Assembly: GCF_964355755.1 (NCBI RefSeq)
Contig: NC_092679.1
Location: forward strand, 5,548,201-5,612,200
Direction: 5' to 3'
Source: Antedon mediterranea
Lineage: Eukaryota; Animalia; Echinodermata
Length of the DNA: 64,000 bases
Part shown: piece after piece, positions 24,550-38,003 of the stretch
Position numbering within the stretch: position 1 is the first letter of the stretch
How the letters are laid out: every line of letters begins with the position of its first letter
Position numbers and translations under genes: made by a program
The notes under the pieces: model-generated
What the model saw: only the letters and a program-made list of their open reading frames with translations
Database searches by the model: none
What the model was told of the DNA's origin: nothing

Positions 24550-27500
24550 ATGTCTGGCACAATTGTATTAAACAATGGACATCATTATAACGAAAATATT
24601 GCTAAAAAACCTTCAGAAATTGACATGTGGAAAAAGGACTCTTCTAGGCCCAAGATTGAACTCAAACAACCTTCTTTATCACCGTCAGCTGCCGATGGAT
24701 GCCCTGACACAATTCCCTTCTCGAGTGCTAATTTTAACGGACATGGGCCTAGCAATAAAAATAACTACAAACGTGTTTTCTTTGACAAAAAACGGTTTAT
24801 TTACTGGTGTTGTTTCATACTTCTAGTCGTCTTGGCTTTTGGGACGAGATTGTATAAATTAGATGAACCAAAACATGTTTGGTAAGTTAAGAATAAAACA
24901 AATATTTTATTTTTATTTTGTATTTTTTGAAGGGGAAAACAGTGCACGTGATGTGACATGAAAATAAGATTTGAAACATAACAAATAATTGTTTTTCTTT
25001 TCATTTTTTTCACAGCTGGGATGAAACACATTTTGGAAAAATGGGAAGTTACTATATTAACAGAACGTTTTTCTTTGACGTGCATCCTCCATTAGGAAAG
25101 GTAAACTTTTCTCTTTACCAGGACACTTTTATTCCACTTTTCTTTCAGTATCCAACACGGTATCCAATTAAACATGTCCTGCTTCGTTTTTTTTTTTCAG
25201 ATGTTAATAGGTTTGTCCGGTTTACTATCGGGATACGATGGGAAATTTTCGTTTGAAAAACCAGGAATTAAGTATGGAGAAACAGAGTACATTGGAATGC
25301 GATTGGTAAGAAAAAACGTTGTAATGAATGTAATAAATGATTGAAACAAAGTAGAACCCCTATTATGTACTTGTCAATTGTATGACCTACTATACGACCC
25401 CTGGGAGAGATGCGTCATTTGTCTGATGTTTGTCATACCTTATGAATACCATTATGCACCCCTGCATAAAAAAAATGACATACCTTTAGGTGACCATGAC
25501 ACACCCATTTTGAAGAACAATGTACCATGTTGTTCATGATATAGTGGGTGGTAAAGTGACGGACATTGACACACTATTATTCATTGATGTGACGTACCAT
25601 TTAGCTTGACGCACCCCTGCATCAATAATTATTCGTAAAGGATGCATCCATGATGCACCTCTCCCGAGGATCGTATAGTGAGTCATATAATTGACAAGTG
25701 CATTAAGAAGACACTTTCAGGGCTCATAACATAGATTTCCAATTTGTAGTGTTAAAAGCAGTAGAACTTCTAATGTGTCCCCTCAATATGAATGTCCAAA
25801 AGAAGAAAGTTTTTTTTTTTACTGTATTGCCCCTCATTGTTTCATAGGAAAGTTGCTCTAATTTGACTTGTTTTTCTCTTTAGTTTTGTAGTTTACTTGG
25901 TTCTAGCATCATTCTGTTATGTTTTGGAATTGTTTGGGAAATGACTCAATCACTTTCAGCATCAGTACTATCAGCTTTTATTATTATATTTGGTAAGTGA
26001 AAAAATTATTTAATTTCAAAAGTTATTTTATTTATTTATTTTATTTAACCTTATTTATAGACCATAAACAGCGTATGCTGACAGTGACTGTGTATATATC
26101 AGTACTCCAGGGTAACCCCCTACATGTCTCAAAAGATGATACTTGGTTCTTTAAAGTGCACATGAACCAGATATGTACACTGGACCTACGGTTTATAGTT
26201 CTTATCCGAGAAGCCTCGCTCTATCACCAGAACCATGGAGCGAGTGAGGCTCGACCCTTGTTATGGTAGGTATTACTGTCTTAACCACTTGGCCACTCAC
26301 TCATTAATTGCAATGTTATTCTGTTCAGCTGTCCTTATCCCATCATGATTCTAACATCAAATGTCATTCACAAATGAACTTTAATGAAACAATATTTACA
26401 TAATTTTATCATTGACTCCTTTTTTTAGACACTGGCTGTTTAACTTTATCACAGTATATTCTACTGGATCCAATTCTCTTGTTCTTCATCGTCATGTCAA
26501 TGTACAGCGCACAAAAGTTCAAAGGTCATTCTAAATTGCCTTTCTCGTTTGGTTGGTGGTTCTGGATGGCAAACACCGGAATCTTCTTAGCATTTTCGTT
26601 CAGGTATTAAAGCAAAGTTTATATCAAGCATTTTTACTTTACTTCCAGACTTCGGTTTAACAAAAGTCGTATGCCAATTAATTAAAATACAAATGCACTT
26701 TGTAAACATTTGCATATTCATTAATTTCCAAACTATAAATATTCTATCGGTAATCACATTTATTTTTTCATTTTCATTGATTTTAGTGTCAAATGGGTTG
26801 GTCTCTTCATCATTTTACTTATAGGTATTATTACGATATCTGACCTTTGGCATTTACTTGGTAACTTAGCTTTATCAAAGGTAAACTTATTATCATATTT
26901 CCCTCTAGTTTTAGTTGTCCCATGCCTAGATGACCGTAGGTGCATAGCAGATGAGATAAAGTAGTAGTACTCATCATGATATGATACACTGGCATAAGCC
27001 ATATCTCCCAGTGGTGCCTATCTCCTCTATGGGCTGGCGGGGTTTTGGTGGATGGCCGTCATATCATTTTTATAGTGGTTAAAATGCAGTATTCTGAAAA
27101 TTGAAATTCTGTAACATAAGAAATAGTGGAATTGTTTGTCATGATCTCTAGTAAAATCTTTTTTTGTTCTGTTTTGTTCAACAGATACAAATAGCTAAAC
27201 ACATCTGTGCACGTGTGTCCTGCCTAATTGTTCTGCCAATCATTTGTTATCTTGCCATATTTTTCGTCCATTTTAAAGTATTAAGTCACAGGTATGATTG
27301 ATTGATTGATTGAAATACAGTATTACTGGAAATCTAAACTCATATTACTTTTTATATTTTTCTTACATTCAATTTGTAACTTAAAGAAGATAGATTTTTA
27401 AAAATCAATTGAAATCTCTCTTTTTTTTACAGTGGGACTGGCGATGGATTTTTTAGTTCATCATTTCAGTCTCGTCTCAAGGGCAATAACTTATATGAAG

Positions 27501-30500
27501 CAAATATGCCAGAAGGTAAAATAAATCAAGAATAGGGTATAGCTGTACCTCCCCAAGTTTTAAATCAAATGAAAAGATTAAAATTTAAGCTCAATAGAAA
27601 CAATTAATTTAAAAAGTAAAGCATCTTGCCTGTAGTGTAATGGATAAAATAATATAGCATTGACAAGTCTCGAACCTCTTACATACTAGGCCGTTAACCC
27701 TTATTATTGCACCCTACAAGCTCTCTAATATGAGTGTTATTTTTAGATCTTGCATATGGATCTGTAATCACCTTGAAGAATCATCGAGCAGCAGGGGGCT
27801 TGCTGCACTCACACTGGCATCTCTACCCTGAAGGTGTTGGGGCTAGGCAGCAACAGGTCAGTAGTATCGATCAAAGCATACATCTAAGAATTGCTCATCA
27901 AGATCATTCAATTTGCTACTACAATACACTGAAAAACAGTAGGCCTATCAATCAATCTTTATTTCTGTTATATAATCACACAAAAAACAAATACAATGTT
28001 AAGATGGAGGACGTACAACAAAGGCAAAGCCTGAAAAAACACTGTACAGTACACCTTTATAAAAAAACACACATGCAAAGCCAACATAAACAAGTGGATC
28101 ATCATTGTATGGTGTGTCTAATTTCATGTTTATTTAAATGCCTACATTCTTTGTCATGTTTTGTCTAAAGGTTACAGCTTACACACATAAAGATGATAAC
28201 AACAAGTGGTTGGTTAAGAAGTTTGATCGTGATCCGTCAGAACACGATGACATCACATATGTTCATCATGGTGATGTAGTTCGACTAGAACATCTTGCGT
28301 AAGTTGTCGGATACTACAGTATTTATTTGTTTAAAACCATGCAGCTATCAATTTAATTAAAACTGTCTTGCCATGGCTTTTGCCGTGTAATAATATACAA
28401 ATAATGAATTTTTATGAGTGTAATGGTACAAATAATGGCATGAGGTGAATGATGAAATCATGCCAATATTTGTACCATTACACGATTATAAAACATTCAT
28501 TATTATTTTTATATAACATCTAAATAGATTTCTGTCACAAAAAAAAAGTACAATTGAACGAACGTTCAATAATGCATACTATTGCATGCCATGTGACCCA
28601 CAATTGTCCAATCAAATAACAGGAATTTATATAGGTGTTATATAATACTATTTAGAATGTTTTTTTTGTAGAACTCAGAGGAATCTTCACAGTCATATGG
28701 AGTCTGCTCCAATCACAAAGCGCCATCAACAGGTCTCATGTTATGGAATAGTGAGTTTGACCTATAAATTTTATTTTTACATGTCAGTCTATATTTTCTT
28801 TTCGTTTATGGGTCTTGCGTGACAATAAATTTCTTCTTGCAAGATTCTCTATTAATAGTATAGTTATATTGTTTCATTATTATATATTACATTTTTTTTA
28901 TTGTATTGTTTACCATTGAAGAAATTAATAAAAGTTGAATTATTATTTTTATTATATTGTGTCTACTTACCTGGATAAATCGACATATGCCTTTTTCCCT
29001 TTACCTCTCCAAGACAGTGGAATATACTTAAATGTCACTTTGTTTCTTTTCACAGAATGGGACTGGAGATTTGAATGATATATGGCGAGTTGATATTCTG
29101 GGTGGTAAACTTGGGGATCGAGTGAAAACAGTGCGAACTCGGTTGCGACTGATCCATCATACTACAGGGTGTGCTTTGTACTCTCACTCCAAGCAGTTGC
29201 CAAAATGGTAAGAAGATAATTACTGATGCATTCACAAGTTTGTCAACCACTAAATGTATTGCTTTTTAACTGGTTTGTTATTTTTGTTTGTTTTAAGGGG
29301 CTGGGAGCAGATGGAAGTAACATGCAATCCACGTAAAAGAGATTCAAAGAACATATGGAATGTGGAGGACCATTACAATGCCAAATGTAAGAGAATCAAT
29401 TTCTTTTAAAGCCTTTTTTTTTTGGATTCTAGTGTGTGGTAGTTATTTAAAGGGCAACTTGACCGAGGACCATATTTTAGAGATGTACATATGATTTCAG
29501 AACAATCGCAAGATTAAGGATATGGCCACACCTGCTCACCGTACAGCCGTCGCCATAAATTAATGTGACATCACAGGTGCATTTCAAAATCTACTTAATG
29601 AGTCCAGATAAGCAAAAGATACAATAAAAAAAATCAACATTTATATTTTTTACGATTTATGTACAAAGAAAAACTCATGCCGTAACGTTTGCGATGCACC
29701 TGTGACGTCACAGCAATTTACGGAGACGGCTGTACGGCAAGCACGTGCGGCGATATCCTTAATCTCGCTATAGTTCTGAAATCATATGTATATCCCTAAA
29801 CCCTTGGTCCTTTAATAGTAATTAGAAGTATATCCCTAATAATCAGCTTCGGCTGGATGGACCACCCTCGTTTAATTGAAATAAATAAAATAAATCTGGA
29901 TGGGTGACAGCTGAGTGTTACCTAGATTGCTAATTTGATGTGATAATTGATGATTTTATTTATTATTATTCTCGGTTTTTTATTTTTGTAGTACCAAATA
30001 TCAGCTTTGAACTGTTCGCACCTTCATTTCTTGAAAGTGTGCTGGAATCGCATATTGTCATGGCACAGGTATGATTATTATCTATATCCAATCTATAACT
30101 TGTGTTTGAACCACTTCTATAAATAAAGAGTCTCAGATTAAACAAAAGTTTGTCTATTTTAATACTAATCATAATGTTAGACCTTACATTGACCAGAAGA
30201 AGACTTATAATTTGTATAAATACCTTTCATTAGTTAGACCAGAGGTTTCTGTTTTGATTGTGGATATTTTGTAGTCTACTTCCAAGAGTGTTGTGGATTT
30301 AGAAAACATGAAAGATGATCACAAAAAAAATATGAAAAGTTATCAAGATCTGATCTGATTTAATTTTTAGAGTAACAGTGGTCTTAAACCTAAAGAAGGA
30401 GAAATTACCTCACGACCATGGCAATGGCCTATTAATTATAGGGTAAGTTTTAAAACCAATATAATTATTTCTGTAGTTGCTGCAATACCTCAATTCAGTT

Positions 30501-33192
30501 GCTGCAGTATTTACTTGTACTACGTTTTCTCAGGCGCATATCTGGGGAGAAAGGTCTAGGCTCACACGCTCCTCCTCTGACAGCCAAATTAAAATTGGTT
30601 ATGATTTTTATATCATCCAGACTGAGCAATACAAAATAAATTGATATTTTAGGGTCAGCGCTTTTCAGGTGTGAATGAGACAGAAGAACGTGTTTATTTA
30701 CTTGGTAATCCAGTTCTGTGGTGGGGTAACTTGTGTTGTCTTGGACTCTTTCTTTTCTGCTTTGCAATATGGTCTATAAGACTGCAACGTGGATGTTGTA
30801 CAGGGGTGGATACAGGTATATTTTAATATTACATTATTTATATACTCTTTTGTACATTACTGAGGTTTTACGAACCAACATTTTTTTAGGTGTAGCATAG
30901 AGATATTATAGTGAACTATAATATCTCTATGGGTGTAGCAATTAACATTAGGATTTATGTTAAAGATTCAGAATATGTTGCTAAAGCTCTGTCTGCACTA
31001 TCAAACTAGTTTGACAAAAAAAAAGTGTGGTGTGTCCAAATGTGGTAGTGATATGACTTCATCGTGTCCAAATATGATAGTGATATGACATCAACGTGCC
31101 CATATATGGACATGATGATGTCATACCACTCCCATATTTGGGCACACTTTTTTTTTCAAACTTTTTTGATAGTGTAGACAGCGCTTTAGTCTTCTTGAAT
31201 GCTGGTAATGACTGATTCCAAACTATGTACCTTAAATACATTCAGTATTAATATTATTGTACATTTCTCTTACAGATAACAATGCCATGATAAGCTGTGC
31301 TTGGCTATTCCTAGGCTGGTGTCTACACTACCTACCTTTCTTCTGTATGGGACGTGTCCTCTACTTTCATCACTATTTCCCTGCCATGCTCTTTAACAGT
31401 ATGTTGTCTGGTAAGTATAAGGTCAGACTTTATCAAAATTAGTTTAAGTAACCTCCAAAAAAATCTTCTAATAGATTCAGTGATTATGATTAAACAGAGA
31501 AGTATCTCCCTGGTTTAAATAACATAGTATACAACTTGCATCGAGTAATAAAATGGAAGTCATGTTCGATCTTCAAAAACATCTGTTTTTATACTATTTG
31601 ACTATAAACAGCCTATTTCAATTATTTATTAAAAAGCTATCTTGTAAAATTGCTTATGTTCCCATCTGAGTATCCTTTGTTTTGATAATCAAACTTACCA
31701 TATAGTATTATCACCCTGTACTTGTGGCCTTTCGTTGTTTTACGATGTATACAATTTCCTCCAAACATACTATGGGTCAAAGGTCACCTGAACACTTACA
31801 AGATTGATGATGAATTTATTGACAATCTGTCTGTTTTTTTCTCTCTCTGTTTGCTCCTTTAGGCATTTTGATTGATCATATAGTTACCAGTGTACATAAT
31901 AAACTTGAACTCAACTTTCCTTTTAATGGGAAAATCTGTACTCATGCTGTAATATGTTCTGTTATGGTTTACAGGTGAGTTGGCCATTTTATTATTGATC
32001 CTCATTGGAATTTATCAATACTGATTGACCCTTATTGATATTGATTGATTGACATTTATTGATATTGATTGATTAACAATTATAAATATTGATTGATTGA
32101 CAATTATAAATATTGATTGATTGACATTTATAAATATTGATTGACTGACATTTATTGATATTGATTGACAATTATTGATATTGATTGATTGAATTGTATT
32201 GATATTAACCTATTGACCACTATTAATATTGATTGATTGACATTGATATTGATTGATTGATAATTATAAATATTGATTGATTGACATTTATTGATATTGA
32301 TTGATTGACAATTATAAATATTGATTGAGTGACATTTATTGATATTGATTGATTGACATTTATTAATATTGATTAATTTATATTTATTGACTTTTATTGA
32401 TTGGAATAATTTAAAAAAGGAATGTTTTTCCTGCCCATACTGTTCTAGGCATATTTTCCCTCATTTCATTGAAATAATCAATAACTGTTTTTGATTTGAG
32501 GATTTGATTACTCTGTTTACGTATACAGGGGCAGTCAGAATTACTTTAGTGATCATTAGATATATCTCAATGCTAGTTGATTTTCCTTACCGTGTCTATT
32601 GTATCATAGGGAAATTCTGTTATACAGTATCACATGTGACACATGTAAGCTGACTATAACCTTAAAGTGTTACAGACACCACATTTATTTATTTATTTAA
32701 ACAATATTTTATGAGGATGGTCCATCCAGCCGAAGCTGATCATTAGGGACCCTCACAAAACTACAAAATGCCGATATAAACATGTAAAAATAAATATTAT
32801 TATGTGATACATGACACTGTAGTACAGAATTTGGCTATGATACTGATTATATACCATATGTGGAGATACAGTACAGTGATCATTGAACTGGTTGATCAAT
32901 GGAATCAGTTCATTAGTTGACTGGTATGTTAAAATATCTGACTTCATTGACAAACCATTAATGCCTAATTACACATGGTTGAGTGACTGCCAATATTTTA
33001 TATTTTGTTTACTTTAATTTCCCTAACTCACACTTTTTAAATATAGAGCAAAATTAAGTGAACTTTTCTTATTATTGTTTCCATAGTTTTCATCTATTCA
33101 GTCCATTGTCATACGGAATGAATGGACCTTATGCTGGCAAAGCAAATAGTAGATTGACACATTTGAAATGGCTTGATTCGTGGGAAATATGA
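24550..33192 (+). CDS. POMT2: Protein O-mannosyltransferase 2, 19 coding exons
   Basis: Exons 24550-24881, 25016-25100, 25201-25305, 25884-25992, 26429-26603, 26787-26880, 27185-27291, 27433-27515, 27747-27856, 28171-28298, 28672-28750, 29056-29207, 29298-29386, 29992-30068, 30371-30442, 30653-30815, 31276-31410, 31863-31974, 33087-33192. Motifs: [37 protein letters not shown] domains ([25 protein letters not shown]), [39 protein letters not shown]. Confidence 0.96.
25365..25703. mobile_element. MITE in POMT2 intron 3
   Basis: ~55-bp TIRs ATGTACTTGTCAATTGTATGACCTACTATACGACCCCTGGGAGAG / CTCTCCCGAGGATCGTATAGTGAGTCATATAATTGACAAGTGCAT. Confidence 0.75.
26030..26302 (-). mobile_element. Deu/Nin-type tRNA-SINE, antisense in a POMT2 intron
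   Basis: Reverse complement of the core: GGACCTACGGTTTATAGTTCTTATCCGAGAAG; (TTTA)n tail at 26025-26045. Confidence 0.75.
29446..29815. mobile_element. Kolobok-like MITE with long TIRs in a POMT2 intron
   Basis: TTAA|AGG...CCT|TTAA termini; arms at about 29465-29582 and 29694-29810 are reverse complements. Confidence 0.7.
30896..30931. mobile_element. 36-bp palindrome with a 7-bp TSD (P-type footprint or micro-MITE)
   Basis: GGTGTAG|CATAGAGATATTATAGT-GA-ACTATAATATCTCTATG|GGTGTAG. Confidence 0.85.
32030..32402. repeat. Degenerate ~24-bp (ATTG-rich) minisatellite in the last POMT2 intron
   Basis: (GATATTGATTGATTGACATTTATT)n variants. Confidence 0.9.
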
Positions 33193-34039
33193 TATTATTA
33201 CATGTTTGTATTGTGACAACTGTAACCTTTTCTACTGTTTTGTTACATTGTTTTGTACTGACCTTGTTTTTAAAATATTTAACTATTTCACACCGTGCAC
33301 ATAATTTTGCAAGAACTATTCCAGTTGGTTGTATTTTTCAGTGTATGTTGATTATGTCCTATAAACCAATTCTTGTCTACACTTTTCAAAAGACTAGTCT
33401 TTTTTGTATGGCTTCTAATAACTCCTTGATCTTATGCAACCTTACTATTAGTCATTTTAACTGAATTTTCCCATTACCTTCTTTTGTATTTCTTTGCCTT
33501 ATGGCTATTTTTAAAATGTATTTTGACAATATTGTGATATTCACAAAAGAAAATGTCTTTTGTATGTGTATATATAATTTATTTCCCCTCTTTTTTGTGG
33601 ATAAAGTTCTACATTGAATCTAACTAAAATCATACGTTATTGCAGTAAATAACATGTAGTTACTGCAGTACTTGCAGTAGATTGATTTTTACAACTATAA
33701 TCTGCATGTCGGTTGTCTTTCATGACAATACAATATAATATTTGTGCTTGCAAACTTCCTTCCTTGTTGTTCCATATACCATAGTTTTAACTTGTATATT
33801 ATTTATTCTGTATTGTATATAAGTATTAAATCAAACTTTATGATTTAGTTTGTATAAAATTGTCTGTCCAACAATCTAGATTTTGATTTATTAAATTATA
33901 TTGATTATACTTATAGTACATTCTATTGAAACATGATGTTATATTTTTTCAAAGTACAGTGGGAATCACACCTCGTAATTAAACACTTTTAAAATTAAAT
34001 TGTAAGGCCTAATGGTTCTTTTTAGAGGTCTCTGGTGTT

Positions 34040-34337
34040 GACAGGTTTTGAGATGGTCAGTCGTGTTGAATGAGAGGTCAGAGTGTTGAATGAGAGGTCA
34101 CTTGTGTCGATTTCTTTTGAGAGGTCAGAGTATTGAATGAGAGGTCACTTGTGTCGATTGATTTTGAGAAGTCAGTAGTGTTGAATGAGCAGTCAGAGTG
34201 TTGAATGAGAGGTCACTTGTGTCGATTCTTTTGAGAGGTCAGAGTGTTGAATGAGAGGTCACTTGTGTCGATTGCTTTTTGAGAGGTAAGAGTGTTGAAT
34301 GAAAGGTCACTTGTGTCGATTGCTTTTGAGAGGTCAC
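34040..34337. repeat. Composite minisatellite between the POMT2 and globin 3' ends
   Basis: Repeats of GAGAGGTCAGAGTGTTGAATGAGAGGTCACTTGTGTCGATT. Confidence 0.9.
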
Positions 34338-35099
34338 CGATTCAATTTCTTTTGAGCTGGTGTACAATGGTGTTGAGCAGTGGTTCTGCGATTATGATAA
34401 AACAACATTACATTTGATGATGTAAATTGAGACAATATAGTTATGATTAGTATAACGATACGTTTAATACATTTTACAAAGTATCTACAAATATAATAGT
34501 ATATAATAAAATATATAAAGTGTTGCCCAAAAGCTAATTTTTCTGGCTGTTTTACTTTATCAATTTAGCTTTATGCTTATTTTATTTGTATCTCCATTGA
34601 GATCCAGCCGCAGTGATACACACAGCATTGTAATTTTTTCAGTAATATTATCATATATAAACATCACAGGCACAGAATAAATTCTAAACCGTCCGGTGAT
34701 ATACTGAAATTTAATAATTAAATTTCAGTATATCACTGGGCGGTTTAGAATTAATTAATTAATTATTAATTAATTTGAAACGATAAAGATGAGGAAATCT
34801 GTGAGAATGATAAAAAGTCGCGCCAACCGAGATTCGAACCCGGTATTCATATTGTAGTTTTCATAAAGAATACAAACATATACTGCATACCATAGTATGC
34901 CCGGCTAATACTATATAACCAAAGCCCGTAGGGGTTCGAGGTTCCTATGTTATATATGTTTAGTCAATAGTTTCCCTGTAACTGACATTTTAGCAAATGA
35001 ATATTACTATTAATATTGCTTTATTAAATCGACTACATTGCGTATCCTTTGAAGAAAAACTATAAAATGTAGTAGTAGTCATAATACTACTATAACATA

Positions 35100-38003
35100 C
35101 TAATTAGCTGATTGCAATCCTTTCTTCATTGTTGCTACGACAACGGCGAAGACCACACCCCAAGCTGCTTTGTGTTTCTCGTCAAAAGTTTCGCCAACAG
35201 CTTCACAGAGGGCAAATATTAGGGCTTCTCCGACAGCCTGTGGAATGTTGAAATTAGTTAAATATACATTACAAGTATTAAGAATTTTTAATAAGAACAA
35301 CCTCGCAACTGAAATAAAGTAAAGGACACTGAGCTCGCCTTGCCAATAAAGGAACTCGTAACAATCTTTGATCTTATGTCTGGTTGCGACAAACAGTACT
35401 ACTAGGGGCGTAGCCACAGATAAAAAAATAAAAAAATAAATAAATTAAAAAGTGCCCCAACTAGAGAGACGCGACTGTAGGTTTGGCGCTTGATATAGTG
35501 TAATATAAATTGTGGTTCTTTTCTGCTCAGCAGAAAGTCGGTCTATTATAGCGCAGTGTGCGTGCGCCTGTGCGGAACACTTCTGATTAAGATTCTAATT
35601 ATGAAATTATTCAATTTATTGTTATGAAAGAAATAAGTTCTTTGTTGTTATCTATATGAATTTATTATCTCTAGAAATAAAAATTTCAAAAGATGTCGGT
35701 AAAAATTTTACCTCGAAATATTCAGGTTTTGCTTTGTACTTCTTGTGTCTTTTACCAAGACTTTCTAACTTTTTGGCCATTGGTGCAACGTCATCCAAAC
35801 CGTTAACGGCAACTCCTACCATCTTGATGACGCTGTTTGCGTGGTACACAAACTTACTATGTATTTTTAGCTCTTCCATTGGTAGGCCTAAATCACCAAA
35901 GGGGAATAGTCCTAGAAATTCTGGATGTTGCGTGAATAATCTACAATTTAATGGTTTAAATACATTTATAATTTCATTTGTTTGTTTTGTTTTATTTGTT
36001 TTCAGTTTATGTCCGGAAATGGCTATCGACACGGATAACCATGTGTAAAATTTGTCCGTATTTCAACGGTCGACCGTACCTATAGAAAACGTTTACACAC
36101 ACGTTTTCCCGTGCCGGTATCCTTATCTGTGTTATATAGTACAGGCCTATCAGATAGATATGTGTTTCAACTTGATATAATATCATTGAACGTGTTCATT
36201 TTTCGTCTAATTTCCGTTGATATGATATGAATATTCCTTGATCACACGAGCCATTCATTTTATAATTCGTGTTTGTTCATTTAAGAAAAGTGCATCTTTC
36301 CATTTAGAATGTGTCCGATGAATGGGCATTGAGGAGTGGAATTAGGGGTTGGGAGTGGGGGAGGGGTTGTGCGTGTTCCCGTGCTTGATATTCATGAAAG
36401 CAGGCCTTGTCTTTTAAGGTGAGCAAGTGCGATCACTCACCTAACACACTCCTAAAAGGCCTTTGAGGAGTGTGATTTACAACATTTCTACACACTAAAA
36501 TACAAACAGCACACCTACAGCACGCGCTGAATGTGAGAAGTGCAATTTGTAGCACATATATATTTTCAAAAGACAAGGCATGTGAAAGACGATCGTATAT
36601 AATGGTGATATAAAAAAAACATTTCCGGGCCAGTGATTATGAGCATTATTAGTATCCCTGATGTAAATTTAAAAAAAATTATCTTCTCAGTTGATGTTAA
36701 GGTTGTGTGATTTCCTTTACCCTCTATTGTGCATTTAAGCCGTAGTAAATATATAGATTAAATAGTACAGTAATAATTATTCCCACAAAAAGAAGTAAAA
36801 CATATTTGGAATTTTTCATTCGGTTGTATTATTTGATATCAAAGTTTATTGACCAGTTTTTGCTTTTTGTTGTACCGGTAGTATTTCCGCATTAGGGCGT
36901 TTAGTTCGTTTTAATCTATTGCTTCATAAAAAGAGACACCACAAACTGTTCTGCGTGTGCGTAAAGCTTGGTTCCCACTAGTGACGCAGCCAGTGGCAAC
37001 ACGGATGAGCGCTCAGTGGCTAAACTCAGAGGCCCCGGAGCTTATGTGGGCCACTGAGCAGTGTTCAGAGGTATTACAATTTGTTGAAAAAGGCTAAAAA
37101 CGCACGAGGCCTCCAGGCGTTGGAGGGCCACTTGGGGTTCCTAAACAGGGGCCTCAGGTCTCTACGTTACGCCACTGGACGCAACGCAAGTACGTAAAGC
37201 AAAGTAAAGCGTGGTTCCTACTAGCGACGCAACGCAAGGACGTAACGCAACGCGACTGAATTGACCAATCACAAGCGATGGCTTATTCGCTTGTGATTGC
37301 TAACTGTCTATAACTTCGCTTGTCATTGGTTAAAACGCTTGCGTTGCGCTTACGTACTTGTGTTACGTTCTAGTGGGAACCAAGCTTCAAGCTTGGTTCC
37401 CACTAAAACGCAACGTCAGGACGTAACGCAACGCAAAGTGATTTGACCAATCTCAATCGATGGCTTATTCGAAGCACTTTCTAAAGTAAATAATTAAACG
37501 CCGCTAAACCTATACGCAACGATGCGAATGGGTATATGAAACGCCTTTAGTCCGCATCATTTTGATTGAAGTAACACTCTTGCTTAAACGTACGTAGATC
37601 ACGCGTCGACCTTACGCGACATTATTGGCGTATTGCATTGAGAAACCTTTGTGCTAAACAGAAAATCAGGAAAGTACTACTTATTCGAATGGCTTGTTTG
37701 TTGGGTACTAAACGACTAGGAAGCAACGCAAGGGCGTAAGCGCAAGCAAACGAGTTGACCAATGACAAGCGACAGTTTCAATAATCCGTCGCTTGTGATT
37801 GGTAAAATTGCTTCCGTTGCGCCTACGTCCTATACCAAGCTTTAAAGTCTGAATCGAATACGCAAATTGTGTACGCGCACTGAGAGTGCTGAAGCCTACC
37901 TTGAAAACATGCAGACACCAGTACTACCCAAGGCATCTCTATCCACAAGACACTTCCAAGATGTTTGTACAAGATTCTTCTCTTCTGGTGTAGGTAACGT
38001 CAT
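35100..38003 (-). CDS. Single-domain globin (neuroglobin-like / intracellular haemoglobin-like), 156 aa, 3 exons
   Basis: Exons 38003-37900, 35940-35712, 35237-35100: MTLPTPEEKNLVQTSW..GVCMFSRLFTQHPEFLGLFPF..KFVYHANSVIKMV..LGKRHKKYKAKPEYFEAVGEALI..KAAW. A12 Trp, CD1 Phe, E7 His and F8 His are present. Introns fall at the canonical B12.2 and G7.0 positions. Confidence 0.92.
36965..37845. mobile_element. Cluster of nested/tandem Harbinger-like MITEs (family B) in globin intron 1; related copies at about 6710-6770, 45430-45540, 55000-55140
   Basis: Repeated AGCTTGGTTCCCACTAG..GACGCAACGCAAG and inverted GTGGGAACCAAGCT termini. Confidence 0.8.
36991..37177. mobile_element. hAT-type MITE inserted into a family B MITE
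   Basis: CAGTGGC...GCCACTG termini with an 8-bp TSD GACGCAGC/GACGCAAC. Confidence 0.75.
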
